From the NCBI RefSeq assembly GCF_000400465.1, contig NW_008806286.1, positions 2,762 to 23,800 on the forward strand: DNA of 21,039 nucleotides, given 5' to 3'. The notes under the pieces are model-generated. The model had not been told where the DNA came from and made no database searches. It saw nothing but the letters and a program-made list of their open reading frames with translations. The position numbers were made by a program, and so were the translations under genes. Each line of letters begins with the position of its first letter. The first letter of the stretch is position 1. Below are positions 1 through 10,440 of this stretch, one piece after another. This stretch comes from Wallemia ichthyophaga EXF-994 (taxonomy: Eukaryota > Fungi > Basidiomycota).

Positions 1-951
1 GTGCGTAGATTGAGAGGCTCACCCAGGCAGAGAGACTTGGACGGATGGATATTCGGAATGCCTCTTCGCTATGGAGGTCTGGGTCTACCCTCGCATGCAA
101 GCATCGCGCCCTTGGCCTACAGATCTATGGAGGAGGCAGCAGATCGGAAGCTGCAAGAGATTTTCCACCCGGATGCAATCGTGGATTATGATGATGCTCC
201 AGTACTCCAACGGCAGCGTACGAGTGCGTTCTTTGAGGCAGAATTCTCAAATACGTTTAGCACACTGTCGAGAGAGGAACAGAATATCATGTTGGACAAT
301 CAATCCAAGCTCGGTAGGAAGTGGATGACTACTCTACCCTTCAACAAGTCTCTCCGCTTCTCAGACAATGAGATTTCTTTCGCCCTTCACTCACGTACCT
401 TATGCCCAGGAAGCCAAGCTTTTTGCAAGTGCGGTTTGGAGAATGTAGTTGGTCATGACGACCTCTGCAATTCTCGTACTAATCTTCGCCTGGCACGGCA
501 CGAATTCATCAAGCGTCTGCTGACTCGCTTCATTTCATCGGCTCCCAATAGCACAACCACCACTGAGCCGATGATCGAGGGGACTTCAGCACGAACGGAC
601 TTTCGTGTTTCAGGAATGGCTTCGAGCACGGGTGGCTCCTCGGAGTATGATTTGGCTATCATAGCTCCGACTGCAAGTGTCAAGGCTGCGCGTGGTGAGG
701 TGGAAAACAAATGTGCTGAGGACAGGTACAAGGCAGAGTTGGCTTTTTATGAAAGGGAGAAGGTAAATAGGTACTCACACAGGACGTCATCACCTTTCGT
801 TCCCCTGATTATGTCCAGTGGTGGCTACCTTACAGACACAGCTAAGGATGTCTTCAAGCGTTGGCGGATGGTAATTCCTCATTACGAGATGCTGACTCGG
901 CTTATTTCACTCGGGCTCATAAGATCTCGGGCGGCTTATTTCGAGTTCTAG
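1..951 (+). CDS. Retrotransposon ORF, C-terminal 316 aa (RT thumb, zinc knuckle, restriction-like endonuclease); 5'-partial
   Basis: The frame is open from base 1 to TAG at 949-951 with no stops or frameshifts. Motifs as listed for the element. Confidence 0.85.
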   Translation: MRRLRGSPRQRDLDGWIFGMPLRYGGLGLPSHASIAPLAYRSMEEAADRKLQEIFHPDAIVDYDDAPVLQRQRTSAFFEAEFSNTFSTLSREEQNIMLDNQSKLGRKWMTTLPFNKSLRFSDNEISFALHSRTLCPGSQAFCKCGLENVVGHDDLCNSRTNLRLARHEFIKRLLTRFISSAPNSTTTTEPMIEGTSARTDFRVSGMASSTGGSSEYDLAIIAPTASVKAARGEVENKCAEDRYKAELAFYEREKVNRYSHRTSSPFVPLIMSSGGYLTDTAKDVFKRWRMVIPHYEMLTRLISLGLIRSRAAYFEF

Positions 952-1022
952 GCGCATCAAGTTTAGTGACGGTATCGTGAACTTTTTACTTTTCTACTTT
1001 AAAATATTTTAGAAATAAGACA

Positions 1023-1050
1023 AATTGTATCGACAATAATTAAATGCTTG
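1023..1050 (+). repeat. 28-bp direct repeat, copy 1 (AATTGTATCGACAATAATTAAATGCTTG)
   Basis: Exact match to 1335-1362. Contains the small hairpin ATTGT-ATCG-ACAAT at 1024-1037. Confidence 0.95.
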
Positions 1051-1057
1051 CTAACCT

Positions 1058-1373
1058 GAGGAGCTCAGCTTTTATGAGCGAGAAAAGTACAATCGTTACC
1101 AAGGTAAGACGGATACACCGTTTGTGCCATTGTTGATCACTGCCGGTGGTTATCTTACGGATACTTCGCGCGATGTCTTCAAGAAGTGGCGTCAGGTAGT
1201 TCCGCACTTTGAGATGCTATCTCGAACTATCTCACTCGGGCTTATTCGTGCTAGGGCAGCCTATTTCGAATTCTAGACAACGATTACATCAAGAAATTAT
1301 TATTTTTAACTTTTTATTTTTAAAGATTTTTGGTAATTGTATCGACAATAATTAAATGCTTGTTCACCTAACC
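1058..1373 (+). mobile_element. 5'-truncated second copy (diverged subfamily) of the same RLE retrotransposon
   Basis: 1058-1276 translates without stops to EELSFYEREKYNRYQGKTDTPFVPLLITAGGYLTDTSRDVFKKWRQVVPHFEMLSRTISLGLIRARAAYFEF*. This is 51/72 aa identical to the end of ORF 1..951 by hand count. A homologous T-rich UTR and the same 28-bp motif follow. It is absent from the ORF track because it has no start codon at its 5' end. Confidence 0.9.
1335..1362 (+). repeat. 28-bp direct repeat, copy 2
   Basis: Exact match to 1023-1050. Confidence 0.95.
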
Positions 1374-1797
1374 AGATACTTCGCCGCACATTCACACCGC
1401 CCTGCCGGCTTAGCCTCCGATGCTTCACACGGCACACATATAAAAGCCTCACTACTTTTCTATTGTATCTTAACGAATTACATTCACTTCTATCTATCTG
1501 TTTAGCTGTGTACAAAGCCATTCCTCATAGCCTAAGCTAAGACAAGCCCAAACCTTAACACTAAAAGCGAAACAATCGTCGAATTGTTTATCCGCTGCCG
1601 GAATTGGAAGACTTTTTAATAGCCGAACTAATTATGTGGAGAGAATTGCAAAAACAAGGCGTTTATGACCACAGAGGATACTGATTGAGGTCTTGTCAGG
1701 TTCAGGTTGGAGGTCAGCGGTCAACTACGACTCAATAATGCTTTTGAAATCCATGCAATGTACAAGATAATTGGTATAGCAAAAATAAATAAATAAA

Positions 1798-3842
1798 TCA
1801 AAGGCTATCATTCGCTAGCTTCATTGATTTTAGTGTAGAAATCTCGCTCGCGGTTAGTTTCCAATAATTTCTTGAGGTGCTACTTCCTTGCTCATTAAGA
1901 ACGGAGCTTATTTGTCTTATGCGACTAAACAGCTCTCTGATTCCTACGTTCGACAATCCACTGAGATAACCAAGCAGGTCATAGACATCCTTCTCGAATT
2001 GGATTGCACCGCTAACGCTGAATTTTAAAGTGTGAGAATTCAATACGAAGTTCTCCCATAGCTGGATCAGATGCGTCGTTGACTTGATAAACACCTCGTC
2101 AAAATTGTTCGCAGTGAGGCTATTATTCCATTTATCGAACACGGCACTCCACTCGCGCTCAAACATTGTCACAAACACTTTAGATTGTGCGTCAGCGTTC
2201 TTGTCATAATTAGTCACGTCCATTGAGGTTTTGAGGCAGTCTTTGATGGGGTTTTTGAATGTGGTTGCAAAAAGTGTGTTGAGGCAGCTCTTGATAATTT
2301 AAAGTTAGCAAGTCGAAGAGGATGGAAGGAAATCATAATACCCACAGTCAAACTGGTTTGAACGTGGTCGGATATCTCTTTTAGCCGGAGGAGTTGATCT
2401 TTGACTGGGGCAATATTCTCAGGGTCGTAAAACCGGTGTAGATTGCTATCCTTGGGTAAATCCGACAGTATGCGCATGTTATACTCGGAGCATATGTCCA
2501 AGTTGTTCAGACACACCGCAATTTTCAGCGCCTTGCTACGACTGCCAGCAGTGCTACCGCCAACTTTCGACTGCTGTGCTATCATCTTGCTTGTACGGGG
2601 CTTGATGTTGTTGTCAAAATCCATCTGCATCTTTTCGATGAAAGACTGCTGGAAGACCCTGATAATGCCATCGACTGCATTCTTCAGCACAGATACATCT
2701 CCACATCCTACCAGTCTATCAAGTAATCCTTTGTAAATGTAAAAAGTGTCTTCAAGGATAGAGGACGTATAAGGAAGAGCATCTTCGTCTATCTCATTAG
2801 CTTCTAGAGCTTCTTTCATGGTGGACTTAAAGTGTGCCATCTCTAAAGGAATATAGGTATCATTAATGTGTTGTCGGAGTAGGTGGGCAGTGGTGGATGA
2901 GCTGAGAATATGTTTCATAGAATCGTCTGTATTCAAATTTGACATGATAAATAGCTTGAACGCAGCCCAGTGTGAAGCTAAACCTGAGAGTTGAGATATT
3001 TCCGTATTGATATGCTTCAATTCGCCATTTTCTAAGGTAGACAAGTTGCGAGTCCAATTAAGAAAGATGACGTTGGCTTTGTCATCCAGTTCAGCCAGCA
3101 GACTGTGCAGCACAGTCACCATATACTCGCTTCCGTAATACTTGTGCACAACTGGCTGGTGATCTTCCAATACACTCGCTATGCTGTCGAGGAGCGCTCT
3201 GAGACTGTCGAGACTATCCATGCCACCCTTAAACTTGCGCTGAATCAGCTTGACTACGAAATATGAATAGGCAGTTATACCATCCTGCTTGCGGTTAATT
3301 TTTGGGAAAAGTTTGAAAAAGCGCGATATCTCAGCCTGGTCTAGTGACTGGCTGGCTTGGTTGAAGTGAGAGATGAAGATTTCGTTTAGGGTGTCTAGAC
3401 TGTTGTCCAATCGCTGCAGCGGTGGTTCTGGGTGGTGGGTTGAAGGAACGACCGTATCTGCGAATTGGCTGGTGATTATTGAGTGGGGTATGTTCAGCGC
3501 TCTCTGTGCATATAAGCTGGCCTGGTCATAGTCACGCTCATCGATTGCCATATCGAGTAAGCGCAACGAGGATTGCAGGAGCTCAGTCTTCCTGACCATG
3601 TCGAGACTAGCGCTGAGACGTTGCTGCTGCGTATCAAGTGCACTCAATGTTCCGTGGAAGCCCTCTGCGTACATCAACTTCCCACTTAGGCTCCGTCTAA
3701 ACGCAGTGAGCTGATTCGACAACCTATCTAAATCGCCCAAATCAAGCTGGCTGTACGAGCTGGATTGCATGGCTATCAGATTATCCAAAGACACTTCAGC
3801 GTCTTCCAGTGAATTTAATTTATTTTTAATTTCTATTTCCAT
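1798..3842 (-). CDS. COG4: Conserved oligomeric Golgi complex subunit 4; exons 3842-2346 and 2289-1798, about 662 aa
   Basis: A long helical protein with COG4-like segments (EISRFFKLFPKI...GITAYSYFV; SVSGAIQFEKDV...RELFSRIRQIS; WKLTASEI). A phase-0 intron at 2345-2290 (GTGGGT...GCTAAC...AAG) joins the two ORFs. The start was placed at MEIEIK rather than the upstream ATG at 3917, which overlaps CHS7. Confidence 0.85.
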
Positions 3843-3904
3843 CAATCCGTGTGTTGGCCGTGCTGACGCAGGAGCAGCGGCATATCTCGAACGGCGACCA
3901 TCAC

Positions 3905-4884
3905 ATGCCTTCATCAATCAACGACGTCTGCAGGAATGTCGCCATGGTTAGCTGTCCAATGCTCGGCAGCGACGAGGGTATCGAGCCTATCTGCTACGCC
4001 CGCAACGTCGTTATCGGTGGCACGCTCATCTTCCAACCAGCGACATGCTTCATTCATATAGTGGCAATATTTATGACTGCCATTATGCTCTATCACATAC
4101 GCACAAAGTATACCGCAATTGGTGGGTTTACTCTATTTTGTGCCAGTGAAAATTGGCTGATTTGGTTGTTTTAGGTCGCAAGGAAATAACTCTTTTTTTC
4201 TATCTTTACGGCGTTTGTGAACTTATCGCTCTCTTTCTCGATAGCTCGATTATACCAACATACCACGAAGCTTATCCGTGGTTCACTGCTATATATATGG
4301 GACTGACGACAGCCATGTTCTGGTGTCTGCTCGTTAACGGCTTTATTGGATTTCAGGTGGTTGAAGATGGGACGGCGTTGAGCGTATGGTCACTGCGCGT
4401 GTCTTCATTTGTCTTAGGCGCACTCTCTTTCTTTGTTCACATCGCTACGTTCAAATCTGTACCTGGATTCGATCGCAGCAATCCTATCGCAATTTCCGTC
4501 TTCACATTTATCCTGCATATCATCTGCGTAGGAATTTATGTTATCACTCAGCTCATACTGGTCATACGGACACTGGATGACAGATGGCCAATCACTAATA
4601 TCGTATTCGGCGTTGGCTTTTTCGTTATTGGTACAGTCGTCACCTTTGGGTTTAGCGTAAAGGTTTGTAATGCCGTCGATCATTATATCGATGGACTATT
4701 TTTCGAGACACTTTGCTACCTGCTCAGTGTTATGATGGTGTACAAATACTATGATGCCATTACAAGAGAAGATCTTGAATTCAGTGTGGGTTCTAAAGGG
4801 ACGGTATGGGAAGTGAAGGATACGAACGCGGTACAGGATACACAACAAAGTGATACAAAATATCCACCAACAACCAACAACTAA
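3905..4884 (+). CDS. CHS7: Chitin synthase export chaperone; exons 3905-4121 and 4175-4884, 308 aa
   Basis: Chs7 motifs GIEPICYARNV, YTAIGRKEI, CLLVNGFIGFQVVEDGT, HYIDGLFF and VMMVYKYYDAITREDLEFSVG. The 53-nt intron 4122-4174 (GTGGGT...TAG) restores the frame. Confidence 0.93.
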
Positions 4885-4950
4885 GCGCATAACTACTAAA
4901 TTTATCGCTTTCAATAGCGTGTATATGACTAAACCATCTAAACAAATGTA

Positions 4951-5779
4951 CTAACTACTTAATATCAATAGCAAATTTTTCATGTTAGCGAGTATGTGAC
5001 CTAGTTCGGGTAGTGGTAGGTCGTAAGATAGCATGAGCTGTGTGTGCAGTGTGAGTGATGTGTTGCAAGCTGAGTAAAAGCCCACGCACAACTTGAATAT
5101 TCTTGTTGAATAGGTATATAGCATATTCGAGTCTATATCGATGATCATTTTTGAGGTTATAGTGGAGTGGGAAAGAGTTGTTGCCTCTTATGTTGGATAT
5201 ACTGTCTATAATGTAGGAGTGGCTGCCTTTATACACGATTTGGTAGGGGAGGTGGATGTTGAGGTAGCTACTGAGGATTTGAGTAAGCAAAGAAGTGTAA
5301 CCTAATGCAGAACTGGATATTATGGGATTAGGGTTCTCTAATTCAAGCCCTAAGATTGAGAAAGTGAAAGAGTCGTCGGTATTCAAGATAGGAAAAAGTG
5401 AGATGAGGTGGTTGAGGAGATGAGAACGGGCAGCTTTTGGTGACAGGTGATTGATTTTTTGTGAGGGAGTGTCCTTGGGTATACTTTGACTATTTTCAGC
5501 TTCCTGAAGAGCACACAAATGACGTCTTCTCTTAATGAGACTTGTACGTCTTCTTTGGATAGAATTTGAGAGATCAGAAGATCTTTCTTGAAGCTGTTTG
5601 ATATTACTATTCAAAACAGATGCCCTTCTATTCAAATCATCGAGATGTCTATTGTATTTCAAGTGTCTGGTGTTAGTTGAGATTCTATTGTCGATCTCAG
5701 CCACCTCAATTGAAAGCTCGTAGTTGCAATTTAATAGAGTAGACAGTCTGACAATTTGGTCAAAGTTTTCAGATGACAT
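4951..5779 (-). CDS. UVRAG/Vps38-like (Atg14 family) PI3K complex subunit; exons 5779-5090 and 5037-4951; 5' end uncertain
   Basis: A coiled coil is followed by FSILGLEL, SALGYTSLL...LPYQIVYKGSHSYIID, FPL...RLEYAIYLFNKNIQ, and a last exon LGHILANMKNLL after a 52-nt intron (5089-5038). Upstream exons in 5800-6210 are possible but I could not resolve them. Confidence 0.75.
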
Positions 5780-6283
5780 TTGCCTTGTATTATCGTTATT
5801 GCGTTATCGCTTGTTGGAAGTGTTAATGAGCGGGTATCTTGATAGACTTGGAGAATCAAAATCAGTGAGTGGATACCGTTGGGTTTCTTATTCTAATCCG
5901 GGCTAGAACATAAAGTATAGAAACCTTATTTACTCTGTTTCGACAAGTGTGATAGTGAGTAAGTGGCAATGTATGGGAAGTTAAGTGGAATGTTAAGGGT
6001 AGAGACAGCATCTTTAACATCCAAGTTGACAAACTTCAAGCCAAATCATCTCTCGCTCGTTGCGATATCTACGTTCGCAGCCACGTCATATTTAAACTCA
6101 GTGGCTGAATTAAGGGGGGAGATGGAAAAGGATAAAAACAGATAGCCTAGACTCACTTTATTTAACCAAATAATTTTATAAACTTGATTTTTTATTTTAC
6201 ATTCCATTTTCGTCCGATTGATAAATCCGATAATTTTTGATAATTTTTTGATAAAGATCGCGCGTTTTTGGGAGTGATCAGCC

Positions 6284-7797
6284 ATGAGCGATTTGAGGGA
6301 AATGAAGAATGTACTTGTACTTGGTGGTAGCTATGCAGGTGGAAGAGCAGCAAGGCTTCTATCCCAGCAATTGCCACCAACTCACAGAGTAATCTTGGTC
6401 GACAGGAATAGCCACCATAATCACTTATACGTATTTCCAAGATATGCGGTTGTAAAGGGACATCAGCACAAAGCGTTCATCCCTTACGCTAAGTTCGATA
6501 ATAAGAAGACAGATAGCGCTTCCGAGGAGAGTAGAAGTTTGAAGGGTAATCCACTTAGTAGACCACACTTGAGTGATTTACATAGGGTAGACAGCACTTC
6601 AAATATCCTTCTTAACAGTGGTCCTCAGAATCCAACTCATGGCAGTGACCACCTCATTCTACACGCCTCAGTTGAAAAAATAAATTCAAACTCTATAAAG
6701 CTTAGTAGGGGGTTCCCTGAGTTTGGTTTGAATGACGAAGTTCAATTCGAGTATCTCGTATATGCACTCGGCTCAATTATGCCACGCTCTTTAGAAATGG
6801 ACTCTAAAACACTTCAATCTGGTACAAAACAGAGCGGAACAAACTGGCTTGAACACCGTCAACGCGTTATTGAGAACAACAACAGAATCGTTATCGCAGG
6901 TGGTGGTGCTCTCGGTATTCAACTCGCTAGCGACATCAAAAACACATATCCAACCAAAGATGTCACTTTAATCCACTCACGCAACAGACTGCTTCCACGC
7001 TTTGATCCTCAAATGCACGATATTATTATGGAGTCCTTAATCAAATTGGGCGTCGATTGTGTTTTGGAAGATCGTATAGAACTAAATAACGCGACTCTCG
7101 ATTTTGATGGTCATGTTGAGCAGAAGCGAGTCTTCACAAGAAGTGGCAGAAGAATTGAATGTGATTTGGTGGTGAGTTGGCGTAGGAGCGTATGTACACA
7201 CCTTTCTAACTCATTTCATAGCTCATGTGCACCGGTCAAAGACCAAACACTGACCTTCTCAAACAACTCTCTCCATCGTCTATTGACCCCGCTACAAACC
7301 TCGCAAAAGTTACGAGATCAATGCAATTGGCTAACTTGCAGAGAGCAAAAGAAGGCACAGAAGCAACTACAGACGCAGTCACAGAAGCCCTTGCAGACAC
7401 TCACATAAACTCTCACACATCAACCAACCCAGCATCCATCGACATACGCAAGAGCATGTCTGAATCAGACTCCACCCTCTCCCCATCTGCATATCCACAT
7501 ATCTACGTGATTGGTGACGCTGCTGATGCTTACGGGGCTCTTCACGCCGGGCACACTGGATGGGCTCAAGCTGAATTTGCAGTGGGGAACATAATTCGTC
7601 AAATAAACAACGACACCACTACCTCACCAAAGCTCTACTATGCAGGCAAACCCGCCATCAAGCTCACAACTGGCCTTCACTCTGCTGTCATTCAGCTAGG
7701 CGATGATATAACCGTGAACGACAACTGCCCTATCGACCTCGACGCCGCGAGCGCTTGGAGATTCTCGGGTGCTGATACCACCGACATGAGTGTGTAA
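6284..7797 (+). CDS. FAD/NAD(P)-dependent oxidoreductase, AMID/AIFM2 (FSP1)-like; exons 6284-7171 and 7222-7797, 487 aa
   Basis: Two Rossmann motifs (VLVLGGSYAG; IVIAGGGALGIQLA), MCTGQRPNT and HIYVIGDAAD. Intron 7172-7221 is GTGAGT...CTAAC...TAG. Confidence 0.88.
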
Positions 7798-7881
7798 AAT
7801 TGAACAAACATATATAAAAGGAAAAAAAAATTACTTGTAACAATGCTTTCATCTATGGTACATATCTGATTAATTATGGTT

Positions 7882-8142
7882 TCATTCGTAGACGGCCTTT
7901 ACTCGATGCCTTGGTATCATCACTATACCCACCCAACGCTCGCCTGGAGCGTCTGCGTCCACTGCATTTTCATCGCTCAGTTCGCTCTGGAAATGCGTCG
8001 AGTTTGTTACTTCGCGCGCGTTCGTCACTATCACGTTCTTCTCCTTATCGATTAGCGTGAATTGACCAAATATTGTGCGATCATCTGTGAGCTCGAAATA
8101 AAGCGTCTTGTTGAGTCTTGAGATGAGCCTGTTTACTGACAT
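7882..8142 (-). CDS. MAK31: LSm-domain protein, probably NatC auxiliary subunit Mak31/Naa38, about 86 aa
   Basis: Sm1 (LTDDRTIFGQFTLIDKEKNVIV) and Sm2 (ERWVGIVMIPRHRV) motifs. The likely start is MSVNRL at 8142. Confidence 0.7.
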   Translation of the reverse strand: MSVNRLISRLNKTLYFELTDDRTIFGQFTLIDKEKNVIVTNAREVTNSTHFQSELSDENAVDADAPGERWVGIVMIPRHRVKAVYE

Positions 8143-8275
8143 GATGGGCGTTTTTTTGAAGCGATTTATGACGATGTGGCTTGTGTGCATGAAGCATTAA
8201 ATTGAATTACATTCTTGATAGTGAAAACATGCAATCAGCATCCCACCGAATAACCACTAGAAACTCACCACCTTC

Positions 8276-9416
8276 TCAAAAATACCCTCCGATGCGTGCC
8301 GTACCGATCGCAGTGAAGAAAATTTCTTCAAGAACAAGATCGAAGTCATTTAGTTCATCTATTTCGCTAGTAGCCTCCAGCATAACTCTCAAATTAGGTT
8401 CGTGATTTGGTCTGTAATTAGATATGACACTTAGCAAAGCAGTGTGGAACACATCGGGAGTTATGTGTGTGTTGAACTCTTTACTCGTGTGGTATTCCTC
8501 TTGTAACTGTCTACTGATTGCTTTGAGTAGTTCGAACACACTTCCATCGAATTGAAAGGCGTGGTTGGTGTGGCACCCAGCCAAAACCTCCACAATGCGT
8601 TTCATGTCTTTTATCTCCTTGAACGCTTTCTTGCCGGAAAGTTAGAACACAACAAATTCGTCAAAATGGTCGCAATAGCACATGACCCAAGATTGCTTCG
8701 TGTTTTCCATGTGCCTTTCATAATACTTGAAGAGTACCGTCTTGAGATGTGGAAGTGGGTTAGTGTGTCGTAGAGCGTATTCTAGAGCCACCATGAAACG
8801 TTTCTTTTTCGGCGGTGTGAAACCTCTGTAGGCATTCTCGTAGCGGTATATGTTCAGTTGTGCTATGTTTGAATATCGGTCGCATAGTTCCCGTGCTATT
8901 AAATTAGCGTCATCCGATTTGATGACTTCGATCATGATTGTGAGGTATTTGACACTCTTAGAGCTACCCAAGACATCGCAATCTCGAACCGACTTGAAGT
9001 GGCCGAGTGTGAGTGTGACTTCTTTGAGATTCGAGAGGTGAGGAATGGCGTGCGGTAGGAATGCAGCGTCTGCTGTGCGCTTTTTATCCGCACCAAATGT
9101 GCTAAGTTGAGATTGATGCGGCTGTAGTGCTGTGTGAGCTGTGCGCTATGGACTGTATACCTCACAGTCTGCGTCTTGATGGTGTCTTTCATGAAGCTAT
9201 CAAGCACCCTTCAATACTCCCTCACGCTCTCATTCTGTCTGTTGATTTTTCTACTTTGTTGTCGGTAATCGCTACACGTGGGGGCGATTCGAGCGTTGAG
9301 TGGTGCATGGTGTAGCCGATTGCGAGGAGCAACTTGCACGTGTAGTGTAGATTCTTATCAGAAATGCTCAGTATCTCTAGAATAAGCTCATCGGGGAGAT
9401 TTAGAATGCTTGTCAT
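8276..9416 (-). CDS. F-box domain protein, multi-exon, structure only partly resolved; may be a pseudogene
   Basis: N-terminal F-box (MTSILNLPDELILEILS) and an LRR-like stretch (PHLSNLKEVTLTL) in a frame that is open from the acceptor near 9122 to 8642. The same frame continues after TAA 8644-8642 to 8276. Confidence 0.55.
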
Positions 9417-9507
9417 CGGTGGTGGTAAAAGTGAAACAAAGAAAATTTGGTAAAATTTGGTTGAATTTAGGGAATTCATGAATATCAGTACAAATAATCT
9501 ACTCCAT

Positions 9508-10352
9508 TTACTCGCCTAAACACTCCTCAACACCATCAGACCAGTCTTTCGGCATAAAATACATGATGAAGAAATGGCCAAACTCCAGCGAATGGAGATT
9601 AATCAGCTTACTCCCCTTCACCGTCAAAAGCGCATGCTCAGCCAAGGCAAATGTCAGTAGCTCATCCCTCTTTCCGTGCAAAACATATATTAAATCAGTC
9701 CAATCACCTATTTTCAGCTTTTCTGTTGTATCTTGCCCACCTATCGCCCTAGCTTGGGCTTGCATAGTTTCCAATGGTCTTTGAGGATGATTGAAAGACT
9801 CAAGAAACTCATTCAATTCATTTGGATGGCTATCCCTCCACTCCGGGTCAAATCCAGCAGCTACGAATGACTGGAATGTTTCAATGCTGTTAGGCAGGAC
9901 TTTTGTTGGCGGGAATCGTATAGAGCTGGCTGCAAGGATTACCTTGTTTACATGGAATTTACGGGTGGTGTTGAAAAGTATATACTGGGCAATCATACCT
10001 AGATGCATTGTGAGCGGGGCTTGCAAAAGAACAACAATCTACCTCCCATTGAGAATCCTAGCAAGTTCACTGTTTCATATCCCAGCCTTTCGACAAGCTC
10101 AATCATGTCGTTGGCCATGACATCGATAGTCATCCCTTTAACATCCCCTTTGCTATTGCCCATATTGCGGTTGTCAGGTGTCACTATAGTCCTGTTGGCC
10201 ATCCTAGCCATTTCTACCGCTGTGCCGGTCCAATCATTCTTTATCCCGGTCATGCCGTGGATCATAACGAGTGGGACCTTGTTTGCGCTGTCATTAAATA
10301 CGTTGTACGCCAACTCGCTTCTGTCGCTCAGTGTAACTCGTTGTTCAGTCAT
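9508..10352 (-). CDS. Alpha/beta hydrolase (AB hydrolase-1, enol-lactonase-like), paralog 1; exons 10352-10043 and 9998-9508, 266 aa
   Basis: HGMTG oxyanion segment, DNRNMGNS, GFSMGG nucleophile elbow, HGKRD acid and FGH histidine. A 44-nt intron at 10042-9999 restores the frame. Confidence 0.88.
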
Positions 10353-10440
10353 GACGTCAATTAATCTATGATGATCTTACTTTTCTGATTTTCTTTCTGA
10401 AACAAAATAAAATGAAAGTTAGGAAGCTAAATGAAGAGAT

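Larger units (their letters stand above)
1..1057 (+). mobile_element. Non-LTR retrotransposon of the RLE type (CRE/Cnl1/MoTeR-like), 3' part including 3' UTR; runs off the left edge
   Basis: The ORF carries the post-RT LPLRYGGLGL motif, W-x4-P...F-x2-A-x3-R, a CCHC knuckle (CKC-x7-H-x3-C) and RLE motifs (RH, RTD...D...K, FVPLIMSSGG). A T-rich 3' UTR follows and ends in a 28-bp motif plus CTAACCT. Confidence 0.85.

Noticed and set aside
1023-1362. CRISPR-like repeat-spacer reading of the 28-bp repeats
   Set aside because: There are only two copies 312 bp apart, the interval is retrotransposon coding sequence, and the context is eukaryotic.
1374-1530. Possible solo LTR (TATAAAAG followed by TTGTATCTT and a CTAT repeat)
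   Set aside because: I could not define TG...CA termini, a TSD or a second copy in the window.
3843-3917. N-terminal extension of COG4 from ATG 3917 (MMKACDGRR...)
   Set aside because: It overlaps the CHS7 start and is not COG4-like; homology begins near MEIEIK.
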